Positions 1-13,398 of a DNA stretch of 64,000 bases are shown piece by piece; the first letter of the stretch is position 1, and each line of letters opens with the position of its first letter. The stretch lies in the NCBI RefSeq assembly GCF_963921235.1, contig NC_086108.1, positions 113,710,001-113,774,000 on the forward strand, given 5' to 3'. The notes under the pieces were generated by a model. That model was not told the origin of the DNA and made no database searches. It saw only the letters and a list, made by a program, of their open reading frames with translations. A program made the position numbers and the translations under genes. The DNA comes from Mobula hypostoma (Eukaryota).

Positions 1-455
1 CTCGACCCCATTCTCCTGCCTTCATCCCATAACCTTTCATGCCTCGACTAATCAAGATCTTATCAACCTCCACTTTAAGTGCACCCAGTGACCTGGCCTC
101 CAGAGCACCCATCGGCTAAAGAAATTCCACCTCATCTCTGTTCTAAATGGACATCCCTCTATTTTGATGCTATGCCCTCTGGTCCTAAACTCCCCCACCA
201 AATGAAACATCCTCTTCACATCCGCTCTATCTAGGCCTTTTGATACTCAACAGGCTTTAATGAGATCACACCTCACTTTTCTAAATTCCAGTGAGTACAC
301 GCCCAGAGCTTTCAATCACTGCTCATATGATAATCCGTTCATTCCCAGAATTATTCCCCTGAACCTTCTCTAAACTCTGTCCAATTTCAGCAGATCTTTT
401 CTTAAATAAGAATCCAAAACAGCGCACAATACTCCAAGTGAGGCCTCATCATTGT
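1..455 (-). mobile_element. CR1 LINE 3' fragment, degraded
   Basis: Similar to the 3' ends of other CR1 copies in this window, e.g. 7500-8000. Confidence 0.8.
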
Positions 456-840
456 ATTATATACCCATATTCATTCAAGGCACCTGGTGCTGACTATGTG
501 AAATTTGCACATTCTCCCTGTAACCTATGTTCCTTCTAAGCTGTGCGCGTGCACAAACATTTATCAATCAGCGCATAGAGGAAATTAATGTGTGCACAAA
601 AGGTTAGTTACCTAAAATAACGTAGTAATTAATAACTATACTTATTGAAAATAATCTTTTAGCTAAATGTTTCTGTTAACTAGTTAGTCAGTTTTTCAAA
701 TACCACAATGCACGTCACTAATTTACGTCACCTCATCTTTCCTGTTCCGGTTTGTACAGCTACATCACAGCAGCAGCCATCTTTGGCGGACAGTGTTCAT
801 ATCATAAAGTTTACAAAGATCTGTTTCAAATTCTGTAGAT

Positions 841-2999
841 CGGGGTCCCCAATCTTTTTTGCACCATGGACCGGTTTAATATTGGCAATATTCTTGTGGA
901 CCAGCCGACGGGAGACGGGGTGGGGTGTTAAATCACGACCGGAATATAGGTGATAAGTCAACTATAAGTCTCTTATAAGTGGCTAATACACGCAATTTCA
1001 TTTCTAAAAGTGTTTATCTAACGAATTTAATATTAAACACACAGCGCATATTTTCCTTGCATGAATATAGTGATGTCAATTATAAGTTACTTATAAGTCA
1101 ATAGCATCATAACATTTTAAGTCACATTTGGATATTAAACACACAGCGCATATTTTCCTTGTATGAATATATAAAATCATTGCAATAGACCAATATCGCT
1201 GAATCAGGGGGAGCCCTGGGCTTGTTTTCCTGCAACAAGACGGTCCCATCGAGGGGTGATGGGAGACAGCGATACTCGAAGGGGTTCCTTATGTCCAGTC
1301 TATTCTGCAATTTAGTTTTCGTTGCATTCATTGCAGAAAACCCCGCTTCATAGAGATACGATGTTGGAAATGGAAGCAACGTTTTCAGTGCTTTCGTGGC
1401 TATCTCAGAATATTCAGCCTTGACTTTGATCCAGAATGCCGGCAGAGATGTTATGTCAAACATACTTTTTAGCCCACCGTCATTTGCAAGCTCAAGGAGT
1501 TGATCTTCTTCCTGCGCTGACATGGATGATTCACCGGGGACATTCACAAATAGGTCACGGACCTATTCCTTTGGACGTCTTGGGTCATTAGTGGTTGGGA
1601 AGTAACGCTCGAATTCTGTTGACTGTGAAGATAGGTGATCGTGCACCAGCTGTGAGGGGGACGGTGCAGCCTCAGTCTCTCCCAAAATCCCAGCTAATGT
1701 TGGGAACATGTCAAATATGCCCCTGTCCACTCGCCGTCCCCACAGTTCCAGTTTGGCTTTGAAAGCAAACACTTTATCTGCCAACTTGAAGACAAGTTGT
1801 CATTCTCCCTTGAAGTGACAAATTGAGTTCATTGAGCAGATTGAAGATGTCCCACAGATAAGCGAGTTTTGCTATCCACTCCTCGTCACTGAAGTGTGCT
1901 GCCAGTGGTGACTTTTTTTCCTGAAAGAAATCTCTGTAGCTGCTCTCTTAACTCAAAAACCCTGGCCAGGGCTCTCCCCGCTGATAGCCACCTGACTTCA
2001 GGGTTTAAGAGAAGGCGTTTTTGCTCTGCATCCACTTCCTCACAAAGCTGCTCAAACAGACATGAGTTAAGGGCTTTTGCTTTGATGTGATTGATAACTT
2101 CAACAACGACACTCAATACGCTGTTAAGATCAGGTGACATTTTTCGGCTAGCCAGCATTTCCCTGCGTATGGCATTCAGGAGCAACCTCTTTGACTCGGG
2201 AAGTGAAACCAGACTCGTTACCGTTCCAGCAGCTGTGCTTCGATGACATAGTGGAGGACATCGATTCTCCTTGAAACTTGCTGAGCCATCTTGTTAGCTG
2301 CAGCTTCTCCCAACAGTTCACGGCACATGTCCTTGGCAGCAGACAGAATCAATTCTTCACCAACAGTGAAAGGCTTCTTAGCCTTAGCCATACGGCAAGC
2401 CACTAAGTACGACGCTCTCAGAGCAGCAGCATTTGTGGAGGTGGTGACTCTCAGCACTCGCTTCTCTCCCACTTGCTCACACTTTTTCCGCTCAAAAAAC
2501 TCAGCGGGTTTGTCTTTAAGTGCAGGGTGCTTGGATCCAAGGTACCAAAGCAGTTTTGAGGGCTTCACTGCCTCATTAGACAGCTTGTCTCTACATATCA
2601 CACACGGGACTTGGAGCGTGTGAGTCACCAGTCGCAATAAAACCTTATTTTGTGTATGACTCGTCATATTTTCTGTTAAAGGAAGCTTTCTTTATTTTTG
2701 CAGTCTCGGCCTCAGCTGTCTCTGCATTATCATCGTTAGGCCTTTTATGTCCCCTACCACCTCTTCCAAAGAAACTCTCAAGCAACATTTGTTGCTTACT
2801 CATCGAGTAGTTGTAGGTTAATGACGGATTGATGACCTCGCGTGGGTTCAAGTTCAACAGTGGGCGTGATAGGGAATGAGGAAAGGTGCAGCTGACTCAT
2901 ATTGTTTCATATCACCAAATCATATCGTTTCCTTGCGGCCCAGTAGCACATGCTTTGTGGCCCGGTACCAGTCCGCGGCCTGGTGGTTGGGGACCACTG
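841..2999 (-). mobile_element. hAT Charlie/Buster-type transposon with frameshifted transposase
   Basis: Ends cggggtccccaa and ttggggaccactg. ORFs 2218-2667 (BED-like CVIC...KPSKL..KHP), 1886-2185 (EVRWLS) and 1122-1547 (hATC PFPTSYLYEAGFS). TSD not clean. Confidence 0.88.
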
Positions 3000-5924
3000 C
3001 TACATACAAAGTAGCTTTACAGGTTTTAAGTGATGTTTTCGATGAACTGGCTGCACTGTGCAAGATTCTGCAAAAGAGTGGCCTGACACCAATTGATTCA
3101 CTTCATTTTGCACGAGGCAAAATTAACAAGATAAGAAAGCAGTATCTGGGAAACAATGTTTCATGGAGTGACAAAGTTAAAGTTTTGATAAGCCAACAAC
3201 GTGAAGAAAACGTCACAGTAGATACAAGTTCGCTGTTGACTTTTATAAATAGTCCTTGTATTCATTTGAAGAAAGGTTTCCTGAAGATGAGGGACAAGAA
3301 AGGTCAGCTTTTGATTTCTCCGCAATTGCAGATTGTGACTTCACATTTGGTGATGAACAAGTTAATGCCTTATGTCTAAAATATCATGATTTTCTAGCTG
3401 AAAATACTGTAATAGTTAGTTTAATGACTTCAAATTTTCCATACAAGAAAAAGTTAAATCCAAACTGATTTCAAACTTTGCTCAAATGGTGGCATTTGTA
3501 CTTCAAGGTGAACAGTTTTGCGACCTTGCACAGTTGATGGACATTGGGGGTGGTGCACTATCCATTACTCCAAAAGACTGGAAGTAGAGCAGATACTGAA
3601 AGGCTTTTATTAACAGTAAAATGGATCCACGTCCATGCTGTATGTCTGTCCTGGACTGAGGGAGGAGAAGTGACACAATCGCCTTTATTCAGGGGTCTGT
3701 GGGAGGAGCCACAGGAGCAGTCAGCAGAGGGGCATGTCCAGGCATGTCCAGCCAGGTAACCCAGTCACAACCTATATACATGGTTTACCATACTCACCCC
3801 TCCTTTTAAAAAAAAGAGTCCCGCGGGGTGAAGTGACTGATAATATTTAAAACAAGTATATTTACAGGTTAAGTCTATCAGGCGGTCGAGTCCGTCGCTG
3901 TGATCTACGTAGCACCAGTGGTGATTGCACCAGCGATGGTGGTTGTGCTGGCTCTGGCCTGACTTCAGGTACCAGCACGTTAGGTGTCGGTAATCCCTTG
4001 TGCGTGTACATCATGCCTGGTATGGGAGTGTCGTGTGGTGTCTGTGTAGGGCTTGGAGTGCACAGTGTCTCGTGGGTATATATATTGGTGGGTACGGGGT
4101 TAATAGTCACCATGGAGTGTTCAGGGTAGGGGCCCGGTGCTCCTGTGGGCACCAGGTCACGGATGGAGACCATGTTCTCCCGCCCATCAGATAAAACCAC
4201 GTAGACATACTGGGGGTTCGCATGAAGTAAGTGAACCCTCTCGACCATTGGGGCGTATTTATGCTCCTCGAAAGTTTCCGGAGCAGCATTGGCCCCGGGG
4301 ACGTCAGCCAAGTTGGTAGGGTGGTCCCAGTGGTCGACTTCCTGGGAAAAGAAAAAAGTCGCCCATGAGGGGTGACATTGGTGGACGTGCATAACAGGGA
4401 GCGGATGGAGTGGAGTGCCTCGGGAAGGACCTCCTGCCAGCGGGAGACCGGCAGTCCCTTTGACCTGAGGGCTAAGAGTGTGGCCTTCCACACCCTGGCA
4501 TTCTCCTTCTCCACCTGTCCATTCCCCCCGGATTATAGCTCGTGGTCCTACTAGTTGCAATACCCCTAGCCAGTAGGTATTGGCGTATCTCGTCACTCAT
4601 AAACGAGGACCCTCTGTCACTGTGGATATAGCATGGGTATCCGAACAGAGTGAAGAGCTTGCGCAGGGCTTTTATAACTGACGTGGTAGTGGTATTAGGG
4701 CAGGGGATGGCGAAAGGGAACAGCGAGTACCCGTCGATTACGTTAAGAAAGTACACATTGCGGTCGGTGGAGGGAACGGGGCCCTTAAAGTCAACACTCA
4801 GTCGCTCAAAGGGGCGGGTGGCCTTGATGAGTGGTGCCTTTTCGGGTCGGTAGAAGTGCGGTTTGCACTCTGCGCAGACTTGGCAGTCCCTGGTCATCAT
4901 CCTGATCTCCTCAAGGGAGTAAGGCAGGTTCCGGGCTTTCACAAAGTGGAAAAGCTGGGTGACCCCCCGGGTGGCAAAGGTCTACATGTAGGGTGTATAG
5001 CAGGTCGATCTGTGCGCTGGCACATGTTCCCCGGGATAGGGCATCGGAGGGCTCATTGAGCTTCCCAGGCCCATACATACTGTCAGTTGTAGGTGGAGAG
5101 TTCGATTCTCCACCTCAGAATTTTATCATTTTTGTTTTTGCCCCGCTGTTGGTTGGTTGCTAAACATGAATGCGACTGAGCACTGGTCAGTCAGCAGAGT
5201 GAACTTTTTGCTGGCGAGATAGTGCCTCCAGTGCCTAATAGCTTCCACTATGGCCTGAGCCTCTTTCTCCACTGCGGAGTGCCGAAGTTCAGGGCCTTGA
5301 AGGGTATGGGAGAAGAACGCCACTGGTCTTCCCGCCTGGTTGAGGGTAGCAGCCAGTGCAAAGTCGGAGGCGTCACTCTCTACTTGGAAGGGAATGGCCT
5401 CATCCACCGCATGCATTGCTGCTTTGGCAATGTCCCCTTTAATGCGGCTGAAGGCTGCGCAGGCCTCAGCTGAGAGGGGAAATGTGGTGGACTTGACCAG
5501 GGGGCGGGCCTTGTCTGCGTAGTTAGGAACCCATTGGACGTAATATGAAAAGAAGCCCAGGCACCTTTTGAGGGCTCTGAGGGTGTTGGGAAGAGGGAGT
5601 TCCAACAGGGGGCACATACGGTCGGGGTCAGGGTCAGTGACTCCGTTCTCCACGACACACCCAAGGATAGCAAGTTCGGTGGTTCCGAACACACACTTGT
5701 CCTTGTTATAGGTGAGACTGAAAGCTTTGGCCTCTTGGAGAAATTTTCGGAGGTTGTTGTCGTGATCCTGCCGGTCTTGCCGCAGATGGTGATGTTATCC
5801 AGCTATGGGAATGTGGCCTTCAGTTGGCACTGGTCCAGCATCCGGTCCATTTCCCTCTGGAAGACAGATACACCATTTGTGACACCGAAGGGGGCACGTA
5901 GGGATTGATGAAGCCTGCCATCTG

Positions 5925-5996
5925 AAATAGAAACCATAGAAACTACAGCACAGAAACAGGCCTTTTGGCCCTTCTTGGCTGTTTTGGCCCTTCTTG
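5925..5996 (-). mobile_element. Very short CR1 3' tip inserted in the Gypsy RT
   Basis: Matches the reverse complement of the CR1 tail at about 47565-47617. Flanked by duplicated TCTG. Contains an internal duplication of ttttggcccttcttg. Confidence 0.75.
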
Positions 5997-7425
5997 TCTG
6001 CCTCGAAGGCAGTGTAAGGGCGGTCCTCCCGGTGGATGGGGAGCTGATGGTAAGCGGATTTTAGGTCTGTGGTTGAGTACACCTTGTACCGTGCTATCTG
6101 ACTGACCAAATCCGCGATGCGGGGTAGAGGGTACGCGTTGAGCTGCATGAACCTATTGATGGTCTGGCTATAGTCCGTGACCATCCTATTTTTCTCCCCG
6201 TTCCGAACAACGACCACCTGGGCCCTCCAAGGACTTGTGCTTGCCTGAATGATCACTTCCCTGAGCAGCCACTGCGCCTCCGACTTAATGAAGGCTCTGT
6301 CCCCCACGCTGTACCTCCTGCTTTTAGTTGCCACAGGTTTACAGTCGGGGGTCAGGTTGGCGAACAGCGGGGGGGGGGGAGGGATCGTGAGGGTGGAGAG
6401 GCCGCAAGTGGTGTCCGCAGTGCGGCTGTTGGCATGGTGTTGGGTGGGATGTGCGGGTCGGTGTGTGTGTGTGGTCAGTAGCGGGGTATGTGAACGTATT
6501 CCTACAAAGCTCTGGATTTCCGACAATGATTGGTGGGAGGGGCCCCTCATATTCCATTGTCACGCTTCTCAGGCAGCTCTGGAAGTCAAGCCCCAATAGC
6601 ACAGGGGCACACAGTTGAGGGATGACCAGTAATGTAAAGTCTCGATATTCTGTGCCCTGCACCACGAGCATCGCTACACAACCTCCCTGGATGTCTGTTG
6701 TATGCGACCCGGAAGCCATGACGACCCTCTGACTTACTGGCTGTGTCGCGAGTCCGCAATGCTGCACCATGTCCAGGTGGATAAAACTCTCTGTGCTGCC
6801 CGTGTCAAACAGGCAGCTTGTCCTGCGCCCCTCCACTAGGATGTCCATCATTGACCTTGCGAGCTGGTGGGGAGCGCTTTGGTCGAGGGCCACGCAGGCC
6901 AGAGTTGAGTCGCTGTTGTGTTGAGGCACTGGTGGGGTGCCCCGTGAGCACCCGTGGGTCAAAGGTGGTGCGAGGTGGCACTGACCAAGATGGCTGCCCC
7001 CATGTCTCGCACATACACTGACCTGGTCCCAGTGACGAAGGTGTCCCTTACTAGGAGCTCCGCAAGCTGTTCGGCTGTCAGCCCCCGGCAATCGCAGGCC
7101 CGCATGAATGTCTATAGGGCCCAGACAAACTCAGTGCTCGACTCTCCGGGCCGCTGCCTCCGCGTCGCTAAGCGATGTGGCGCATAGACCGTGTTTGTCT
7201 TCTGAGGGCGCTCATCGCGCCGTCGTAGCTCGGCTGGTCTCTAATCATTGAGTAGACCCGTGGACCGACCCTGGAGAGGAGAACTCTGTGCTTCGCGGCA
7301 GACTCGGTCACCTCAATCTCCTCCAGGTATGATTCGAAGCAGGCTAGCCAGAGTTCAAAAGTATTTCCGGCTTCAGGTGTTTGTGGGTCGAGGTCTCACT
7401 TGTCGGGTCTCAGGACGTGTTCCAT

Positions 7426-8535
7426 AAGACCATAAGACAAAGGAGCAGAAGTAGCCCATTCGGCCCATTGAGTCTGCTCCGCCATTTTATCATGAGCTGA
7501 TCCATTTTATCCTATTTAGTCCCACTGCCCCGCCTTCTCACCATAACCTTTGATGCCCTGGCTACTCAGATACCTATCAATCTCTGCCTTAAAGACACCC
7601 AATGACTTGGCCTCCACTGCTGCCCGTGGCAACAAATTCCATAGATTCACTACCCTCTGACTAAAAAATTTTTTTCGCATTTCTGTTCTGAAAGGGCGCC
7701 CTTAAATCCTGAAGTCATGCCCTCTCGTACTAGACTCCCCCATCATGGGGAACAACTTTGCCACATCCACTCTGTCCATGCCTTTTAACATTCGAAATGT
7801 TTCTATGAGGTCTCCCCTCATTCTTCTAAACTCCAAGGAATACAATCCAAGAGCGGACAAATGTTCCTCATATGTTAACCCTCTCATTCCTGGAATCATT
7901 CTAGTGAATCTTCTCTGTACCCTCTCCAACGTCAGCACATCCTTTCTTAAATAAGGAGACCAAAACTGCCCACAGTACTCCAAGTGAGGTCTCACCAGCG
8001 CCTTATAGAGCCTCAACATCACATCCCTGCTCCTATACTCTATTCCTCTAGAAATGAATGCCAACATTCCATTCGCCTTCTTCACTACCGACTCAACCTG
8101 GAGGTTAACTTTAAGGGAATCCTGTACGAGGACTCCCAAGTCCCGTTGCATCTCAGAACTTTGAATTCTTTCCCCATTTAAATAATAGTCTGTCCATTTA
8201 TTTTTTCTGCCAAAGTGCATAACCATACACTTTCCAACATTGTACTTCATTTGCCACTTCTCTGCCCATTCTTCCAATCTATCCAAGTCTCTCTGCAGAC
8301 TCTCCATTTCCTCAGCACTACCAGCCCCTCCACCTATCTTCGTATTGTCAGCAAACTTAGCCACAAAGCCATCTATTCCATAATCCAAATCGTTGATGCA
8401 CAATGTAAAAAGAAGCGGCCCCAACAGTGATCCCTGTGGAACACCACTGGTAACCGGCAGCCAACCAGAATAGGATCCCTTTATTCCCACTCTCTGTTTC
8501 CTGCCAATCAGCCAACGCTCTATCCACGTATGTAA
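7426..8535 (-). mobile_element. 5'-truncated CR1 LINE (RT C-terminal half) inserted at the Gypsy gag ATG
   Basis: ORF 7702-8538 with SGVPQGS, FAD[N]TK and RPHLEYC motifs. (tcttatgg)n-type tail. CAT present at both junctions. Confidence 0.92.
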
Positions 8536-10620
8536 CATGCCTTAAAATTACTGTTAATAAAATTGATGCACTATCAATTACTCCAAAAGACTAGAAGTAG
8601 AGTAGATACTGAAAGGCTTTTATTAACAGTAAAAAGGATCCACGTCCATGCTGTATGTTTGTCCTGGACTGTGGGAGGAGCAGTGACACAATCGCCTTAT
8701 TCAGGGGTCTGTGGAAGGAGCCACAGGAGCAGTCAGCAGAGGGGCATGTCCAGCCAGGTAACCCAGTCACAACCTATAAACATGGTTTACCACAGGGGGG
8801 ACCTTTCTTGTGTCTAGTGCAGACTGTGAGCGAGGTTTTAGCCTAATGAATCAATTCAAAAACAAGCTGAGAAACTGTTCAGGTGAATGTCATTTGGATA
8901 TTTTAATGAGAATCAAAGGCTACCAATTGGATGGAAGTTCGATTAGTCTAGATAGAGTTTACAAAGAATAGGTAAATGCCAAAGACAGGAGAGAGAAAAA
9001 ATAACTGAGTGACATAAATATGTACGTTATTTTGCTGTTATTCTGTGCAGTTTTATGTCAAATATTTTGTAAACCTACATAAACTGTGCCACGTGTGCAT
9101 TCAATGTGCACATACAGGAAAAAAATTTGCACAACGCAAGATCTTTGTGCACACTGACTACTAAAAATTAGAGGGAACATTGCCTGTAACCACATGGTCT
9201 TCCCCGGGTGCTCCAATTTCCTTCCACTTTTTCAGGTTGGTGGGTGCTGTAAATTGTATAAGAGTGGTAAAATCTGGGGAAGTTGATGGGAGTTTCAGAT
9301 TATCAGTATCTACAGTACTTTGTGTTTGTAAATGTGGAACAAATGGAAGATAATGCAGATTGAGTTAGAGCAGAGATCAGACATGGAGTCCATGGACCTC
9401 AAGCATACTGGTACTGGTCCACGGCATGAACAAGGTTGAGAACCTCTGAGTTTGATGAAGAAAGGTGGTACACTATAAATGTCAAGAATAGATTTCCTGG
9501 ATTTTGTAGGACGCGTTCATAAGCATTAAATGCATACATGTGTAGATTAAAGAAGGAAAAAAACAGCACTTATCCAGTGCTTTTCAGTCTCTGGATATCA
9601 ACGTGTTTAAGTACACTCTCCGCCATCACTTATGGCTCATGAAGCAGAGCCAAATATACTTCATTTCAAAATAGATCAGTGGCACAAACAACTTTTTTGA
9701 AGGAGTGTCTGAATGACATTGTAAATCACTTCAAAGGACCATACAGTATGCATGAAACTACTTTCCTTTAACCACTGATTTTTTTTTATTCATGCATTTG
9801 TAGAAGTGCAATTATAAACTGGATAGTTTCAGTTGATGCTATGAAAAAAAGGAAGTTCTCCTTCCAGCTTTAAGTGCTTAACCATCAACTTTAACATTTA
9901 TCAGTTAAGGAGACTCAATCCGAACATTCGCCTGTATCATGAAAACATCTCAAAAATTTAAGAATTAAGGTTTTTAAGAATTAATTAAGACAATTATTCA
10001 GACCATGCAACCATTCCCAAAATCAGCAAGACCACATTAATTTTATTATTTTTGACCACATAATAAAACTAACATCTACAGATATTTCCAGATCATACAG
10101 CAGAGAAATCTGAACTTTTTCAGCTTCCATTTGTCTGTTATGTTGCAGATATTAGGCTCATTACCTCTCCCCTGTTCACAAGTTACGCTCCCTGCACCAG
10201 TTCCTGTGTCTCGATCCTGTCAATATAGAGCGATAGAGTACTACAGCACAGCAACAGACCCTTTGGCCTATATTGAACTGTTATTCTGCAGAGTAATGTG
10301 GCATAGACATTGGTCCTGGTAAAATGTTGTGTTTGTTTCCTGAATTTGATTCAGCAAGTTTACAATTGAGAGAAGAGTTCAAAATCATTATAAATGCACA
10401 GAGCTGCAACTGCTCTCACTTTTTGCAGCCAAACATCCTACCATATCAAGTACGGTCCAAGTGGTACATTGGGATATTAAGAATATTGGAAATAATTTGA
10501 ACAGTAATCTATCCAGTGCTAACAGTTAAGCAAAAGTTTCATCCCCTCTTAATGGCAGTCTAGCACTCATTGTTTCATCTTCACTGAGCAGCCAAACCAA
10601 TAACAATATGGAAATGGTAC

Positions 10621-10790
10621 CTGCTATATCATCAACAATCTCTGCATAAGTGCGCCGAGCAATGTCAAGGAACTCGTTGATGTTTGGCCTGACCGCATAG
10701 CATTTCTGTGTCCTCATATTCAAGCATCCTTTAATGTATCTTGTATCATCATTAATAACAGTCTTGATTTCCTCCAGAATAAGGTTGAAT
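10621..10790 (-). CDS. MSH4: MSH4 internal coding exon, 170 bp ([58 protein letters not shown])
   Basis: Lies within ORF 10526-10837. Acceptor aattgcag|, donor |gtacca. Strong MSH4 peptide match. Confidence 0.95.
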
Positions 10791-12036
10791 CTGCAATTTT
10801 CACAACGCAAAAATGCCAAGCGCAATGAATTCTTCAAATTGTGCAGTAAAAAAACAGTCTGTTAGAAATTAGCTCATTCGTCAATAAACTTGGGGACAAA
10901 CATGCCATGATATACACCACTTGGTCTGAATTTGGTTATTCCTGGGAAGTACACAAGGGCCTCAGTTTACAGTGTGGAAGGTACTGTGAAGTGAGACTCC
11001 AATTTCATGCAGTGACTGGAGGTGCAAACTTGTTCTCAGAGCAAGGAAGGCTAAAGTAGATTTAACACAGATGTCCAACATTGTTGTCATTACTTAAGAC
11101 TACTGTTTGAAATTGATTACTAGAGATATAAATAACATAAATTAAAAGTAAAAACCTGCAGATGCTGGAAATCAGAAAGAGATGGCGACAGGTCCATTGA
11201 GTAACCCCAGCATCATCTGATGATGCAATTAAACTGACTGACAGAAGAACCTCAAAGTCAGAGTCAATTTATTATGGAAGTACGTAATGTTACCATGTAC
11301 TACCTTGAGATTCATTTTTTTGCATTCATAGGAAAACAAATTATAATTGAGATTATGAAAAACTATACAAATGATTAAGAAATGCAAAATAGATTTATGA
11401 AAAACTATACATAAAGACTGACAAACAACCTAACTGCAAAAGAAGAAGATTGCGCAGAATTAAATAATAAGTAATACTGAGAACATGAGTTGTAGAGACT
11501 GTGAAGGACGTGCTCTGGGACTGTTGAAAACATTAGCTGTAGAATCCTTGAAAATGGGCCTGTAGGTTGTGAAATCAGTTCCCTGTTGTGACGAGTGAAG
11601 CTATCCACCTGATGAAAGATGGTATTGCTTAAGATCACAGCAAAAATCAATAGTGGTCATTACCACATTGCTTTGTATGGTAGTCCACTGTGTATGAATT
11701 GACTGCCATCTTTCCCACAAAATCATTGTCAATACAGTTGTAAACTTTACTCTCAGATAAAAAGTGCTTTGTGATGTCCTGAGGCAAGTCCCTTCTTTCC
11801 AAGAAGTTGTAAACTGGAATGCACATGGAAATAGATGCAAAAACAACTTTCAAAATGGAACTGAAGTATTATAGAAACATTTTTAGGAATTTGGGAAGGA
11901 ACCACTGAACAGTTCTTTCAAAATGAGCAATGGTGGAAATAGCTTCTTTTGTGCTGTAAGTTCAATAAGGTATGGGTGGAAGTGGATCAAAATAAAAGGA
12001 ACCCAACCAAGATCTTAACTCTTGAGTAACATATTA

Positions 12037-12250
12037 AAATGCTGGAGGAATTCAGCAGGTCAGCCAGTGTCTATGGAGAGGAATAAACAGTGCATGTTTA
12101 GGGCCAAGACTGAGAACCAGGACTGATGAGGGGTCTCTGCCCAAAATGTTTACTGTTTATTCCTCTTCACAGATGCTGCCTGACTTACTGAGTTCCTCCA
12201 GCATTTTGTATGTGCTCCTCTGGATTTTCAACATCTGCAAAATCTCTTGT
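12037..12250. mobile_element. Fold-back PLE-derived short element with a degenerate hammerhead motif
   Basis: Inverted arms aaatgctggaggaattcagc and gagttcctccagcatttt. Central gactgatgaggggtctctgcccaaaa. Confidence 0.75.
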
Positions 12251-12539
12251 AGATCTTAATTCTGTCATTAGCAGGAAGGATTTTAAGGAATGGACGACCC
12301 ATCTGCTTACACAAACTGACAGGTCTGTAAAAAGTTTTGAATAGTCAAGTCGAGTCAAGTTTATTGTATCATGCATAAGTCCATACAGGTACAATGGAGA
12401 ACTGAATTGCAGCAGCTCCACAGGCACACAGCATTTAAGTAGAATGACCAAAAAAGCTCACCAGCAGGCTAAGGAAATTCTACATGTCCCAGTGACTCTC
12501 ATCAAGTTTTACAGATACACCATAGAAAGTATTCTGAAT

Positions 12540-12830
12540 AAAACACACAAAATACTTCAGGAACTCAGCAGGTCAGGCAGTATCTATGGAGAGGAAAAGG
12601 TCAACGTATTGAACATTCATCAGGACGAGAAAGAAAGGGGGAAGAAGTCGAATAAGAAGGTTGGGGGAGGTGAAGGAGATAGGTGAAGCAAAGTTAGGAG
12701 GAAGGTAAGTGTGTGGGGGAGGGGGAATGAAGTGAGAAGCCAGGAGGGGATAGGTGGAAAATGTAAAGTGCTGAAGGAGGAATCTGATAGGAGCAAGATA
12801 GCAGTGGAGCCAAGCTCCAAGGACATGTGA
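12540..12830 (-). mobile_element. PLE terminal-repeat fragment
   Basis: Similar to 26002-26400 (ggaactcagcaggtcaggcag followed by a purine-rich tract). Confidence 0.65.
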
Positions 12831-13398
12831 CTGTGACTGACATTGAGTCTGGGTGACCACATGGTTGAAGAGTCAGAGAGCAGCAAAGATCATAGAGGGC
12901 AGTGAGAGAAAGTCTCTGAACGCCCACTGAAGAGAAGATTTAAACTTCTTCACAGTAAATATACCCTGAAGAGATTTTGCAGAACAAGAAGTCATAAACA
13001 CAAGAGATTCTGCAAAATCCTAGCTGGGTGCATCAGTTTGGTATGGCAAATGTACTGCCCAAAACTGCAAGAAATTGGAGAACGTTGTGCACACAGCTCA
13101 GTCTAACACAAAAAAAAACCTTCTCCATTGCCTCTGTCTACACTTCCCACTGCCTTGAGCAAGCAACCAACCTAATCAAAGACCCCTTCCACCCTGGGGA
13201 TTCTCTTTTTTCCCCATCCATTGAGCTAGAGCTACAAAATATTTAAAACTTAAAGACTTTTAAATGGAACTCTAACACGATAAAGATGAACTCTTAATAT
13301 CACAATCTACCCCATCTTGGCCCTTGTCCTCTCAGCTCCGTAAGGGTGTCACTACACTCTGCATCATTATCCTTTTCTACTCTCTTGATGTACTCATG

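Larger units (their letters stand above)
3551..8794 (-). mobile_element. Ty3/Gypsy LTR retrotransposon, near full length, defective; LTRs 3551-3792 and 8564-8794
   Basis: Direct repeats of about 235 bp with a GGGGG TSD. Gag start MEHVLRPDK at 7425. PR (LFDTGS), RT (YPLPRI, DLKSAYHQL), RNase H (SDASDF, EKEA) and integrase (SDRGSSF). PPT next to the left LTR. Confidence 0.93.
525..9182 (+). mobile_element. hAT DNA transposon (Tip100/Blackjack-like), internally deleted, host of nested insertions, itself inserted in a V-SINE-like remnant
   Basis: TIRs ctatgttccttctaa and ttagagggaacattg. Perfect 8-bp TSD CCTGTAAC (517-524, 9183-9190). Transposase remnants at about 3000-3550 and hATC motif TFLVSSADCERGFSLMN at about 8800-8880. 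Confidence 0.88.

Noticed and set aside
1122..2857. ZBED5/SCAND3-like domesticated gene
   Set aside because: Several frameshifts, with transposon termini present.
9560..9780. Possible conserved non-coding element or snoRNA in unique intronic sequence
   Set aside because: No convincing box C/D or H/ACA structure; conservation cannot be judged without alignments.
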